64,000 bases of DNA from Chlorobiota bacterium (lineage in GTDB: Bacteria > Bacteroidota > Ignavibacteria > Kapaibacteriales > UBA2268), in NCBI GenBank assembly GCA_034670025.1, contig JAXMOE010000001.1, positions 77,187 to 141,186 of the forward strand. Direction: 5' to 3'. Shown piece after piece: positions 10,564 through 19,508 of this stretch; position 1 is the stretch's first letter, and each line of letters opens with the position of its first letter. The notes beneath the pieces were generated by a model. It was given only the letters and a program-made list of their open reading frames with translations, had not been told where the DNA came from and made no database searches. A program made the position numbers and the translations under genes.

Positions 10564-13155
10564 GTGATTGAAATGGAAGGAAATTTTTCAAGTAGGGTCA
10601 ATGATGTAATCAAGCTGAGTAGGGAAGAAGCCCTAAGACTTGGCCACGATTACATTGGCACAGAGCATCTGCTACTCGGTATTATCCGAGATGGCGAAGG
10701 GATTGCCGTAAAAGTTCTAAGGAACTTGGGTGCTGACCTGTTCAAATTAAAAAAAGGGATAGAGGAAACTGTCAGGCCTAGTGGCACTACGGTTACTTCT
10801 GGTAATATACCCCTGACTAAACAAGCAGAAAAAGTATTGAAAATTACTTATTTGGAAGCTAAATTGTACAAATCTCAAAAGATTGGCACAGAGCATCTGT
10901 TGCTCTCGCTACTTAGAGATGAGGAGAATATAGCTGCTCAGATATTAGATCAGTTCAATGTAAGTTATGATTTGGTTAGAGATGAATTAGATAACATAAT
11001 CAAAGGAGCATCGCCATCGGACGAGGGCGAGTCTTCTTATATTCCGAAAAAGACAGACAAATCTGCTCAATCGAGAAAGAAAGAAAAAGCGAAAACTCCA
11101 GTGCTGGATAACTTTGGGCGCGATTTGACAAAAATGGCAGCTGAGAAGAAGTTAGACCCAGTAATTGGGAGACAAAAAGAGATAGAGCGACTATCACAAG
11201 TTCTTTCGAGAAGAAAGAAAAACAACCCTGTTCTAATTGGTGAACCAGGCGTTGGTAAAACTGCAATTGTAGAGGGATTAGCCCTTAGGATAGTACAGAA
11301 GAAAGTATCGCGTGCATTGTATGAGAAGAGAATAATTACTCTCGATATTGCTTCATTAGTTGCTGGTACTAAGTACAGAGGTCAGTTCGAAGAGCGAATG
11401 AAGGCAGTTATCAATGAGTTAGAAAAAGCTGATGATGTGATATTGTTTATCGATGAGATTCACACTATTGTTGGTGCTGGTGGGGCTTCGGGTTCACTTG
11501 ATGCTTCCAATATGTTCAAACCGGCTTTGGCTCGTGGCGATATACAGTGTATTGGTGCTACTACTCTCGATGAGTTCCGCGAAAACATAGAGAAAGACGG
11601 TGCGCTGGAGCGTAGGTTCCAAAAGATTTTGGTTGAGCCGCCTTCTGCACTCGAAACTCTTAAGATTTTGAATAAGATTAAGGATTCTTACGAAAAGCAT
11701 CACCATGTTATCTATACTGACGATGCAATAGAAACGGCTGTTCGATTGGCAGATAGGTATATCTCGGAGAGGAATTTCCCTGATAAAGCTATCGATGTGA
11801 TTGATGAAGCTGGTGCTAAGGTGCATTTGGAAAATATAGACGTACCGATTAGCGTTATCAATCTGGAAAAAGAGATTAAGAAAATCAACGAACAGAAAAA
11901 TGATGTAGTTAAAAAGCAAAACTTTGAGGAAGCTGCCAGATTGAGAGATTTGGAGAAAACGAAGCAACAAGAACTTGCTAATGCCAAACTTGATTGGGAA
12001 AAGCAAGCTGACAAGTTGGTGTTCCCAGTTTCGGAGACTGATATATCGGACGTTGTGTCTATGATGACTGGCGTGCCAGTGAGTAGAGTAGCAGAATCTG
12101 AATCTAAGAAGTTACTATCACTTGCTGATGAACTGAAAGAATCTGTAGTTGGTCAAGAGCAAGCGATTGTACATTTGGCTAAGGCGATAAGAAGAGCAAG
12201 AGCTGGACTGAAAGATCCCAAGAGACCTATTGGTTCGTTTATGTTCTTAGGCCCAACTGGTGTTGGTAAAACTGAGTTAGCAAAATCGCTATCGAAGGCA
12301 ATGTTCGACACAGAAGATGCCATCATTAGAATAGATATGAGTGAGTATATGGAGAAATTCTCTGTGTCGAGATTAGTAGGTGCACCTCCGGGATACGTTG
12401 GCTACGAAGAGGGTGGACAGCTGACCGAGAAGGTAAGAAGAAAGCCATACTCAATAGTATTATTAGATGAGATAGAGAAAGCTCACCCAGATGTTTACAA
12501 TATCCTACTTCAAGTATTTGACGATGGTATATTGACTGATGGGCTTGGCAGAAAGGTTGATTTCAAGAATACTATTATCATTATGACTTCTAACGCTGGT
12601 ACTAAGGACTTGAAGCCAGGTGGTAGAATTGGGTTCACTGACATAGATTCTATGGATGATTACGAAGAGCTAAAAAGCTCGATAGAGGAGTCAACTAAGA
12701 CTATATTCAGTCCTGAGTTCATTAACAGAATAGATGACTTTATCATATTCAGAAAGCTGACTAAGAAGGACATCAAGGAAATAATCGACATTCAGCTGAA
12801 GCAAGTGGAGCAGAGAATGAAGCTGCACGAAATGAAGTTAGAAATCAGCGAAAATGCCAAAGATTATATCGTTGAGAAAGGATATGATGAGAAGTATGGT
12901 GCAAGACCGCTACGCCGAGCATTGCAGAAGTACGTAGAAGATGAGTTAGCCGACGAAATACTGAAAGGCAACTTGCTTCACGGTGCTACTGTTAAGGTGC
13001 AGTTCGACAAAAAGAACGATAAGCTGAAATTCTTATTCATAGGTGGGGAAGAGAAAGTGGACGAAGCCGAGCTTTTGAACCAAACTCTTAACCAACCAGA
13101 AGACGAAGCTACGGACAGCGAAATCAACATAGATGAGGATATTAGCAAGAACTAA
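10564..13155 (+). CDS. clpC: ATP-dependent Clp protease ATP-binding subunit ClpC (Clp-N repeats, two AAA+ modules, UVR-like linker)
   Basis: 863 aa; duplicated Clp N-domain ([15 protein letters not shown] / [12 protein letters not shown]); Walker [16 protein letters not shown] and [12 protein letters not shown]; ClpA/B signature. Confidence 0.9.
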   Translation: MIEMEGNFSSRVNDVIKLSREEALRLGHDYIGTEHLLLGIIRDGEGIAVKVLRNLGADLFKLKKGIEETVRPSGTTVTSGNIPLTKQAEKVLKITYLEAKLYKSQKIGTEHLLLSLLRDEENIAAQILDQFNVSYDLVRDELDNIIKGASPSDEGESSYIPKKTDKSAQSRKKEKAKTPVLDNFGRDLTKMAAEKKLDPVIGRQKEIERLSQVLSRRKKNNPVLIGEPGVGKTAIVEGLALRIVQKKVSRALYEKRIITLDIASLVAGTKYRGQFEERMKAVINELEKADDVILFIDEIHTIVGAGGASGSLDASNMFKPALARGDIQCIGATTLDEFRENIEKDGALERRFQKILVEPPSALETLKILNKIKDSYEKHHHVIYTDDAIETAVRLADRYISERNFPDKAIDVIDEAGAKVHLENIDVPISVINLEKEIKKINEQKNDVVKKQNFEEAARLRDLEKTKQQELANAKLDWEKQADKLVFPVSETDISDVVSMMTGVPVSRVAESESKKLLSLADELKESVVGQEQAIVHLAKAIRRARAGLKDPKRPIGSFMFLGPTGVGKTELAKSLSKAMFDTEDAIIRIDMSEYMEKFSVSRLVGAPPGYVGYEEGGQLTEKVRRKPYSIVLLDEIEKAHPDVYNILLQVFDDGILTDGLGRKVDFKNTIIIMTSNAGTKDLKPGGRIGFTDIDSMDDYEELKSSIEESTKTIFSPEFINRIDDFIIFRKLTKKDIKEIIDIQLKQVEQRMKLHEMKLEISENAKDYIVEKGYDEKYGARPLRRALQKYVEDELADEILKGNLLHGATVKVQFDKKNDKLKFLFIGGEEKVDEAELLNQTLNQPEDEATDSEINIDEDISKN

Positions 13156-13185
13156 TTTCTGAGACAGGTTATTATTTATATGGGC

Positions 13186-13226
13186 TGCTCTTTTTGGAGT
13201 GGCCCTTTTTTTTGGGTGGGGGGATT
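13186..13226. terminator. Bidirectional intrinsic terminator between convergent clpC and AlbA_2 genes
   Basis: GGGCTGCTC-TTTTT-GGAGTGGCCC hairpin (9-bp stem including 2 G-U pairs) followed by T8; the complementary strand has an A/T run upstream. Confidence 0.6.
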
Positions 13227-13263
13227 TACAATTTAAAAATATTACAATATGATTTCTTGTTCT

Positions 13264-14571
13264 TTATAATTTGAAAAAATGTTCACCGAATAATATAAGA
13301 TCAATATGACAAATTGCCTTCCTTATAAATGATTTAGTTGTTGGTGATTCATTAAAATGATTATCATAGATATTTTTAAGAATTTTCATTATGTAAGTTG
13401 AATCAATATCTTTATTTGTGAGGTGTGTAATTGCTTGAATTAAGTACCTTAATTCTTTAGTGTTCAAACTTTTAGAGTCAATCTCTCTTTTTTCCTTAAG
13501 TTTTTTTAACTCATTTGATATTTGTTTTGCCGCTTCTGTTCCAGTAGAAATATTTCCAATTTTAAATCTAAAAGTATCATTACCTTCCTTTTCAAAACGT
13601 TCTTTTACACTTTCAACTTTGTTCCCTTTAATATTATCTAACATTTTATAAATCTGAGATTTTTTCATTTCTGATTTAAAGATATAAAAATAGATAGGAT
13701 AGTATTGTGTATTTTCGTGTAAAACCTTTTTAAAAAATTCCTTAGCATTATCTATTTCTAAATTTTGTTCAAAAAAAGAATTTAGTAGCTCAAAGTGAGT
13801 TATTAATTGATATTTATTCTCTACAAGTTTTACAATTTTATTACTACCAATAGGTTGAACATCTCCAATCAGTTTTAAAGCAGGAGCACCTTTATCTTCA
13901 ACAAAATGTCCTTCATTTATAAAAGTTACTTTATTAAGTAGCTCATCAGAAATTAGAAGTTTATTTTTTTTACCTATTAATTCACCATTGTCTATATTTA
14001 ATAATCCTATTTTCTCAACACCTATCGTAGCTACATTCTGAATCAAGTTGATCCAATTTTCATTTAATTTTTTTTCTCTATCGCTGATAATATTTAATAG
14101 ATCCCCATATGATATTCTTTTACTTTGACCTGGATATCTATAAAAAATATCACTTTCTTGAATATTATTTTTTGCAGTTTTAATTGTGACAACAGGTTTA
14201 TTTTGTGACTTATATATGTAAAGAAACCCAATCTTTAAATTATTAATATTTTTTGTAAATAATTCGAATTTAATCTCAGGAGCAAAATATGATAGCAATT
14301 CCTCAGATAAAGTCTGGTTTTCAAATTTTTCAATTTTTTCATTTTTTAAACCAACTAATTCTCCGTTATTTTTTATACCATATAATATTAAACCACCTTC
14401 GGAGTTAGCAAAACTCGCTATCCATTTAAGAAGTTTTTTATCATTATGTTTTGGACTGTGAAAACTTTCTTTAAATTCTAATTCAGAATTTTCTTTCTGC
14501 CTTACAACGTTGTCCGTTATTAAAAAATAATTTCTCCAATCAAATTCTATTAAAAATTCTTTTTCAGTCAT
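13264..14571 (-). CDS. AlbA_2 (Schlafen-like, formerly 'divergent AAA' PF04326) domain protein with ~300-aa uncharacterised C-terminal region
   Basis: 435 aa; N-terminal ELEFKESF...KLLKWIASFANSEGGLILYGIKNNGELVGL is the AlbA_2/SLFN-core signature; no recognisable catalytic motif in the remainder; very AT-rich coding sequence. Confidence 0.6.
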   Translation of the reverse strand: MTEKEFLIEFDWRNYFLITDNVVRQKENSELEFKESFHSPKHNDKKLLKWIASFANSEGGLILYGIKNNGELVGLKNEKIEKFENQTLSEELLSYFAPEIKFELFTKNINNLKIGFLYIYKSQNKPVVTIKTAKNNIQESDIFYRYPGQSKRISYGDLLNIISDREKKLNENWINLIQNVATIGVEKIGLLNIDNGELIGKKNKLLISDELLNKVTFINEGHFVEDKGAPALKLIGDVQPIGSNKIVKLVENKYQLITHFELLNSFFEQNLEIDNAKEFFKKVLHENTQYYPIYFYIFKSEMKKSQIYKMLDNIKGNKVESVKERFEKEGNDTFRFKIGNISTGTEAAKQISNELKKLKEKREIDSKSLNTKELRYLIQAITHLTNKDIDSTYIMKILKNIYDNHFNESPTTKSFIRKAICHIDLILFGEHFFKL

Positions 14572-14579
14572 ACTAATTA

Positions 14580-14723
14580 TTAACTTATCTCTACTGTTCT
14601 AAATTTACTAATGACTCTTTCAGTATATTTTGGTGGCTCATATGCTCTTAAGTTAAAATCATCTAACTCATTTTGAATTATTCCAGCTTTGAGGAGTTTT
14701 GATATGTCGATTTGTAATTTCAT
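14580..14723 (-). pseudogene. Remnant of a higA-like antitoxin gene (47 codons; first ~22 residues and ~65 nt near-identical to the 5' end of higA at 16653)
   Basis: Minus-strand ORF MKLQIDISKLLKAGIIQNELDDFNLRAYEPPKYTERVISKFRTVEIS; nucleotides 14660..14723 match 16577..16640 with 2 mismatches; lacks the HTH; ends 9 nt before the AlbA_2 start codon. Confidence 0.5.
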
Positions 14724-14726
14724 ATT

Positions 14727-14775
14727 TCATTAAAAATATAATAAAAGTTCGGAAATATGCAGAACAATTGATTTA
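14727..14775 (-). promoter_or_regulatory. Duplicated copy of the higB upstream (promoter/operator) region
   Basis: AAATATAATAAAAGTTCGGAAATATGCAGAACAATTGATTTATTTCT is near-identical to 16991..17040 upstream of higB; the -7-like box reads TATATTTT here versus TATATTTG upstream of higB. Confidence 0.4.
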
Positions 14776-14832
14776 TTTCTCATGTTGTTACTCTCAATTT
14801 TGACCATTTTCCCGACGTCAGCAAAATGGTTT

Positions 14833-14872
14833 AAAAAAAAATCACTCCCCAACGAAGAGAAGTGATATTATA
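14833..14872 (-). terminator. Repeat element copy 1: hairpin + U-tract intrinsic terminator immediately after the Reg_prop lipoprotein gene
   Basis: Plus strand AAAAAAAAATCACTCCCCAACGAAGAGAAGTGAT; on the minus strand AUCACUUC-loop-GGAGUGAU (8-bp stem with one G-U pair) followed by U9. Confidence 0.6.
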
Positions 14873-14878
14873 TTACCC

Positions 14879-15934
14879 TTAAAAAACCTCATCAAACCCC
14901 ATCCCATTAAACTTAAATACATTTCCATCTTTCAGACCAAACCACAACTCATTATTATTATCCTTATAAATTGATATAACAAAGTCATTTGTCAGACCAT
15001 CTTTTGTAGTATAATTAGTCATAATTTTGCCATCAAATTTCCAAGCACCAGTATCTCTATCACCGAACCAGATGTTACCTTCTGCATCTTCTTCTATTGC
15101 GAAAATATGCTCAAGAGTACCTGGTTTTGATTTGTCTCCTCGTTTTGTGCTTGTAGGGTGGATTAGATTTTTTTGTTCCGAAAAGTTTATGATTTCTTCA
15201 CCTTGTTTTAGTAAGACCCCTATGCCATTATTACCAATCCATAAGCGTCCTTTCGAATCTTCTAATATGCTTCTAACATGGATTATTCCAGTTTCATTAT
15301 TCAGACCTAATGTCTCATCATTAATTATTGTGAAATCACTTCCATCGTAACCAAATACTCCAGCATAAGTGCCAAACCAGATTGTGCCATTCACTCCTTC
15401 GGAAAGACAATTTACATGATAAACATTATTAGGATTGTTTTTTTTTGTTGATGGAAATGATAGATATTGAAGATTTATACCATCAAACCTAAGAACGCCT
15501 TCATTATTTCCAGCACTAAGCCAAGTAATATCATCTGATTTTTTCCATTCTCCCTTTTTAATAGTATTGATATTTATTCTATGACTAGTTATTAATCCAT
15601 TATAATATTTACTAATTCCGTGAGCTGTTGTAAACCAAATATTTCCAATTAAATCTTCATTAATTGTTCTGATCTGATTATCTAACAAACCATCCTTAGT
15701 GGTGTAATAGGTGAAATTTTGACCATCATATTTGCATACTCCCTCTTCTCTACTTCCAAACCAAAAGTTACCCCTGCTATCGTGAAAAATAACACCAACA
15801 GCAGATTCAAATTTCAATTTATCGTCAACTGAATCTGATTGAATTGGTTTCTTTACTTGAATTTCTTTTGTTTGATCTAAGCTACAACTTGTGAGTTGTA
15901 GAGACATTGCAAATATTAGAATAAAAGCCTTCAT
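14879..15934 (-). CDS. Lipoprotein composed of two-component-regulator propeller (Reg_prop) repeats; standalone periplasmic beta-propeller
   Basis: 351 aa; lipobox MSLQLTSCSL; repeated GNIWFGT..G(L/V)..YDG motifs (GNFWFGSREEGVCKYDG, GNIWFTTAHGISKY, GTIWFGTYAGVFGYDG, GRLWIGNNGIGVL, GNIWFGDRDTGAWKFDG, NELWFGLKDGNVFKFNG). Confidence 0.65.
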   Translation of the reverse strand: MKAFILIFAMSLQLTSCSLDQTKEIQVKKPIQSDSVDDKLKFESAVGVIFHDSRGNFWFGSREEGVCKYDGQNFTYYTTKDGLLDNQIRTINEDLIGNIWFTTAHGISKYYNGLITSHRININTIKKGEWKKSDDITWLSAGNNEGVLRFDGINLQYLSFPSTKKNNPNNVYHVNCLSEGVNGTIWFGTYAGVFGYDGSDFTIINDETLGLNNETGIIHVRSILEDSKGRLWIGNNGIGVLLKQGEEIINFSEQKNLIHPTSTKRGDKSKPGTLEHIFAIEEDAEGNIWFGDRDTGAWKFDGKIMTNYTTKDGLTNDFVISIYKDNNNELWFGLKDGNVFKFNGMGFDEVF

Positions 15935-16012
15935 TAGTTTACCTAAAACTGAATTTATAAGTGTTGTTTCTAACTAATTATAAATACGCTTTTTTTTTCT
16001 CAAGTTTCAACA

Positions 16013-16046
16013 AAAAAAAATCACTCCCCAATGAAGAGAAGTGATT
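16013..16046 (-). terminator. Repeat element copy 2: same hairpin + U-tract terminator downstream of higA
   Basis: AAAAAAAAATCACTCCCCAATGAAGAGAAGTGAT, identical to copy 3 and one mismatch from copy 1. Confidence 0.6.
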
Positions 16047-16074
16047 TGATTTATCAAATTCATTTAGAAAATAG

Positions 16075-16653
16075 TTATACAATTGCAAAATCATCTTTGC
16101 TCAATTTTAGATTAGGGTTGTCAAAACTCTTGATTGTGTTTTTTATTTTATTCTGTTCAGATTGAGGTAAAAAAGTCGGAATTAAATCTGTCAAATCAAT
16201 TTTAAGAAGTCGATTTATTATTATCAAATCCCTCATAGAAAAAGGGCTCACACCATTCATAAGCTCTGAGATATATGATTTATTATTATGACCTAATATT
16301 TTCCCAAAATCTTGTTGAGTTAAGTTTATGTTCTTTAGCTTTTGTCTGATGAGTTCTTTTCTTTTTTGAATGAATTGTCTTTCTTTCTCAGCTATTAATT
16401 CAGCTAAATCACTTTCTTCTATTTTACTATTGGGTATTTCAGAATCAGTATTCCAGTTTTTATTTTCATACTGTTCAATCAAATCTCTGAGTTTTTTCCT
16501 TGTTTTGGCAAACTCGGGATTCTCTTTAGAAAGAACACGCAGATTTCTATCAGCAATTAATGCTCTTTCTAATTCTAACTCATTTTGAATTATTCCAGCA
16601 TTGAGGAGTTTTGATATGTCGAATTGTAATTTCATTTTAATTATGGTATCCAT
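16075..16653 (-). CDS. higA: HigA-family antitoxin (XRE-type HTH at C-terminus)
   Basis: 192 aa; C-terminal HTH QQDFGKILGHNNKSYISELMNGVSPFSMRDLIIINRLL; start overlaps the higB stop by 13 nt; toxin-first gene order typical of higBA. Confidence 0.7.
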   Translation of the reverse strand: MDTIIKMKLQFDISKLLNAGIIQNELELERALIADRNLRVLSKENPEFAKTRKKLRDLIEQYENKNWNTDSEIPNSKIEESDLAELIAEKERQFIQKRKELIRQKLKNINLTQQDFGKILGHNNKSYISELMNGVSPFSMRDLIIINRLLKIDLTDLIPTFLPQSEQNKIKNTIKSFDNPNLKLSKDDFAIV

Positions 16654-16982
16654 TCATTAGACTTAAGCCATTTTCTAATTGTATTTTTGTTGTTTTTAAA
16701 AGTTTTTTCATATTGTTGATGACTACCAACCCAGGCCACAGTTGCTTCTTTATCACTAAACTCAATAAGAATCATTGTTCTGTGTACATTTATATTAAAA
16801 AAATAGAAACCATCTTTGTGAACATTATCCGCATCGGGTCTTATTTTAATTAACTCCAATTGGTTATCCCAATCGTATCTATTAATGTCTTCAATCAATT
16901 TATCTATTGCTTTAGCTAATATTACATTACCTTTATTTTTCCGTTTTAACTTTTCTAATATTTTTTTGTTTATCAGTCTCAT
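16641..16982 (-). CDS. higB: HigB-family (RelE/ParE-fold) mRNA interferase toxin
   Basis: 113 aa; MRLINKKILEKL...FNINVHRTMILIEFSDKEATVAWVGSHQQYEK aligns with E. coli HigB (YgjN: MHLITQKALKDA...FNVGGNELRVVAMVFFESQKCYIREVMTHKEYD). Confidence 0.7.
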   Translation of the reverse strand: MRLINKKILEKLKRKNKGNVILAKAIDKLIEDINRYDWDNQLELIKIRPDADNVHKDGFYFFNINVHRTMILIEFSDKEATVAWVGSHQQYEKTFKNNKNTIRKWLKSNEWIP

Positions 16983-17040
16983 ATACGTTACAAATATAAT
17001 AAAAGTTCGGAAATATACAGAACATATTATTTATTTCTAG
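16983..17040 (-). promoter_or_regulatory. higBA promoter/operator region (source of the duplicated segment at 14727..14775)
   Basis: Contains TATATTTG (matches the Bacteroidetes -7 consensus TAnnTTTG) 8 nt upstream of the higB ATG. Confidence 0.35.
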
Positions 17041-17096
17041 TTCCGAACCAGACCCAATAGCCACCATTTTGTTGACGGTAACAAATTGGTTCAACA

Positions 17097-17134
17097 AAAA
17101 AATCACTCCCCAATGAAGAGAAGTGATTTGATTA
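17097..17134 (-). terminator. Repeat element copy 3: same hairpin + U-tract terminator downstream of the TonB-dependent receptor gene
   Basis: TTCAACAAAAAAATCACTCCCCAATGAAGAGAAGTGATTTGATT; copies 2 and 3 share flanking ...TTCAACAAAAAAA and AGTGATTTGATT. Confidence 0.6.
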
Positions 17135-17163
17135 TTTGTAAAATATCTATGCTATATTAATCT

Positions 17164-19386
17164 TTAGTTGCCTGGTATTTTGTAACGAATACCAACATAA
17201 AGCTCTCTGCCACGAGTTGGACCCCACACGGAGCTAGTGTCAAAAAACTCACCGAATGGGTCTTGCCAGCCGATAATTGGGCGATTTTGTCTGAAGTTGA
17301 ATATGTTCTCAGCTCCAGCGTATAGCTCAACTTGATCTAAGTTGTAAGTGAATTGTGCATTCACTAACATATAATCTTCAGAGAAGTCTGGTCTTTGGTA
17401 TTGCTCGGGATTGCTCTGCGTATTGGGTAATCTTTGCTCGCCGTACCAATGGATATTCATATCTATTTGGAAATCATCAGATAGGGGCTTGTAACCCAAT
17501 GTAGTAACTACCTTATGTTTTGGGTTGAATGGTAGTAATACCTTTTCGTCATCTATTTCGCGGTAAACGTCCAAGAAGCTATACCCAGTTTTGAACTCGA
17601 ATTGATCCCATAAGCTAAGATATACTTCCGCTTGGAAAGTGTTACTAACGCTTGTACCTGTGAAGTTTTCTATTATTGCTTTTGTTGGGTCAGTGTCATA
17701 ATCGGGGAATATCTGATTTTGGAAATCAGTACGGTAAAAATCAGCACTGAAAAACCCATTCATGTCGTCATTCTCGAAATTATGAGTGAAGTTAATACCC
17801 ATATTCAAGGCTTCTTCTGGTTGCAATTCTTCTGTTATAACTATGTCACGCGAGCTAACCAACAGCCCTATATTCTCACTGAATAAGTTCACTGTACGCC
17901 ATCCTGTCCCAATGTTTCCACGAATAACCGTGTTGTCTGTTAAGTTGTATTTTAACAATGTACGTGGAGTGAACATTGTCCCAAATTGGTTGTGATTGTC
18001 GGCTCTTACTCCTGCTATCCACGTTAGCTTATCGTCGAAAAGCATTAGTGTGTTTTCAGCAAAAACGCCAGCTATCTGCTCATCTCTGAGGTAATTGCCA
18101 TCGTAAGTTCTTTGTAAAGTATTATCGGTGAATGATAAGTCTTCTTCTAAGTTTAAGTAACGGAAGCTAACACCAGTTTTTAATGAAGTGTTGTCGTAGT
18201 CGAGTTCGTACTGCAAGTTTCCGTACATATTTGTTTGCTTTGCATCATACTTTATTGTTCCGAAGTACGACTCTTGGTTTTGGTAAAATCCTGATGCAAA
18301 TAGAGCGAAATTGTGAGTGTCATCTAATCTGTAGCCCGTTTTTGCAGAAAATTCTGGCTGATTTATATTTACTGTCTGCCCGTAAACATCAGTGCTACCT
18401 TGGTCTGTTTCTTCGTCGTAGTTTGTTTGCCCGCCTACTCTTTGTTCATTGACAAATCGTAGGTTGATGCTTGTGATTAGTCCTGTTTTTGTGTCATCAC
18501 CATATTTCAGCTTGTTGAATACCATATAGCGAGTTAGTTTTGGTAAATCTAAGAAATTATCATTGTCCCCGTCGTACTCATCGGCTGGCTGCACGGTGTG
18601 GAGTGCGGTTAGATTACTCCAATCACCAGACTTCACAGCGTAATTAGCGTTTATATGCTTTTCCAAAAAGCTGTTCATATAAGCATTTAGATATAGCTTA
18701 TCGGTGTTTGCTGGGTCTTTTGTGGTTACGTTTATCTGACCACTAATGTTCTCAAATCCTTGTAGGACACTGTTTGCCCCTTTGGCAACATATATATTAT
18801 CAACCACAGTACCTGGTACACTACTGATGCCATAAGTATAAGAAAGACCCTGAATCATAGGAAAGCCATCTATCAGGACTTGATTATAAACTCCCGAAAG
18901 TCCAAGTATTCTTAATTCCTTTGCGTTTGTAATAACATTAGTGGTTTGTGGCTGAATAGTGGTCTGTGTTTCAAAGCATCCTGCCAAATCACAGCAAGCT
19001 GATTTGCCCAATTCTGTTTGGGTCAGCTGCTCTGTTTTTATGGCTTTTGAGCTTGATATTAATACTCCTTCTCTGTTGCCTTTTACTACAACTTCATCAA
19101 GTGTTTGTGATTCTTCTAATGAGAAATTTATTTTTGTTTGATTTGTATGCTTTATTGTATCAGCTCGGTGTCCCACGTAGGTTGCAATTAGCATTTTGTC
19201 GCCACTACCCTTGGTGGTGAGCTCATAATCACCGTCTGCATTGGTTACGGAACCGACCTTAGTACCTTCCCAATAGACGCTTGCACCAACTAATGGCTCA
19301 TCATTTTGATTGGTAACTTTTCCAATTATATTTTGTGCCAAAAGGGAAGTGGGCAATAACAAACAAAGTATTAGTATATATTTCAT
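17164..19386 (-). CDS. TonB-dependent outer-membrane receptor with N-terminal carboxypeptidase-regulatory-like domain
   Basis: 740 aa; signal peptide; NIIGKVTNQNDEPLVGASVYWEGTKVGSVTNADGDYEL (CarbopepD_reg); plug region ...VAKGANSVLQGFENISGQINVTTKD; C-terminal barrel. Confidence 0.85.
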   Translation of the reverse strand: MKYILILCLLLPTSLLAQNIIGKVTNQNDEPLVGASVYWEGTKVGSVTNADGDYELTTKGSGDKMLIATYVGHRADTIKHTNQTKINFSLEESQTLDEVVVKGNREGVLISSSKAIKTEQLTQTELGKSACCDLAGCFETQTTIQPQTTNVITNAKELRILGLSGVYNQVLIDGFPMIQGLSYTYGISSVPGTVVDNIYVAKGANSVLQGFENISGQINVTTKDPANTDKLYLNAYMNSFLEKHINANYAVKSGDWSNLTALHTVQPADEYDGDNDNFLDLPKLTRYMVFNKLKYGDDTKTGLITSINLRFVNEQRVGGQTNYDEETDQGSTDVYGQTVNINQPEFSAKTGYRLDDTHNFALFASGFYQNQESYFGTIKYDAKQTNMYGNLQYELDYDNTSLKTGVSFRYLNLEEDLSFTDNTLQRTYDGNYLRDEQIAGVFAENTLMLFDDKLTWIAGVRADNHNQFGTMFTPRTLLKYNLTDNTVIRGNIGTGWRTVNLFSENIGLLVSSRDIVITEELQPEEALNMGINFTHNFENDDMNGFFSADFYRTDFQNQIFPDYDTDPTKAIIENFTGTSVSNTFQAEVYLSLWDQFEFKTGYSFLDVYREIDDEKVLLPFNPKHKVVTTLGYKPLSDDFQIDMNIHWYGEQRLPNTQSNPEQYQRPDFSEDYMLVNAQFTYNLDQVELYAGAENIFNFRQNRPIIGWQDPFGEFFDTSSVWGPTRGRELYVGIRYKIPGN

Positions 19387-19508
19387 TCTTTTTTTAGCTA
19401 AAGTGTATGTATTAATCTTAACTAGGTAATTACGGATGATATTTATTGTATTGTTTAAGAGAAGAAAATATTATTACTTCAACAAAATTAAGATTGTAAT
19501 ATAAAAAC

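Noticed and set aside
13219-13240. G-run TTTTTTTTGGGTGGGGGGATTTACAATTT after the clpC terminator, checked as a possible tmRNA or ncRNA start
   Set aside because: No downstream tag-peptide ORF, CCA-acceptor-like 3' end or conserved tmRNA/RNase P/SRP motifs were found. It is best explained as part of the bidirectional terminator region.
14833-17134. Considered whether the three repeated 3'-end elements are integron attC sites delimiting gene cassettes (TA modules are common integron cargo)
   Set aside because: The copies are near-identical, only about 35-40 bp long, and fold as a simple hairpin + U-tract. They lack the R''-L''/L'-R' architecture and GTTRRRY core of attC, and no intI gene is in the window. 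A copied terminator element is the simpler reading.
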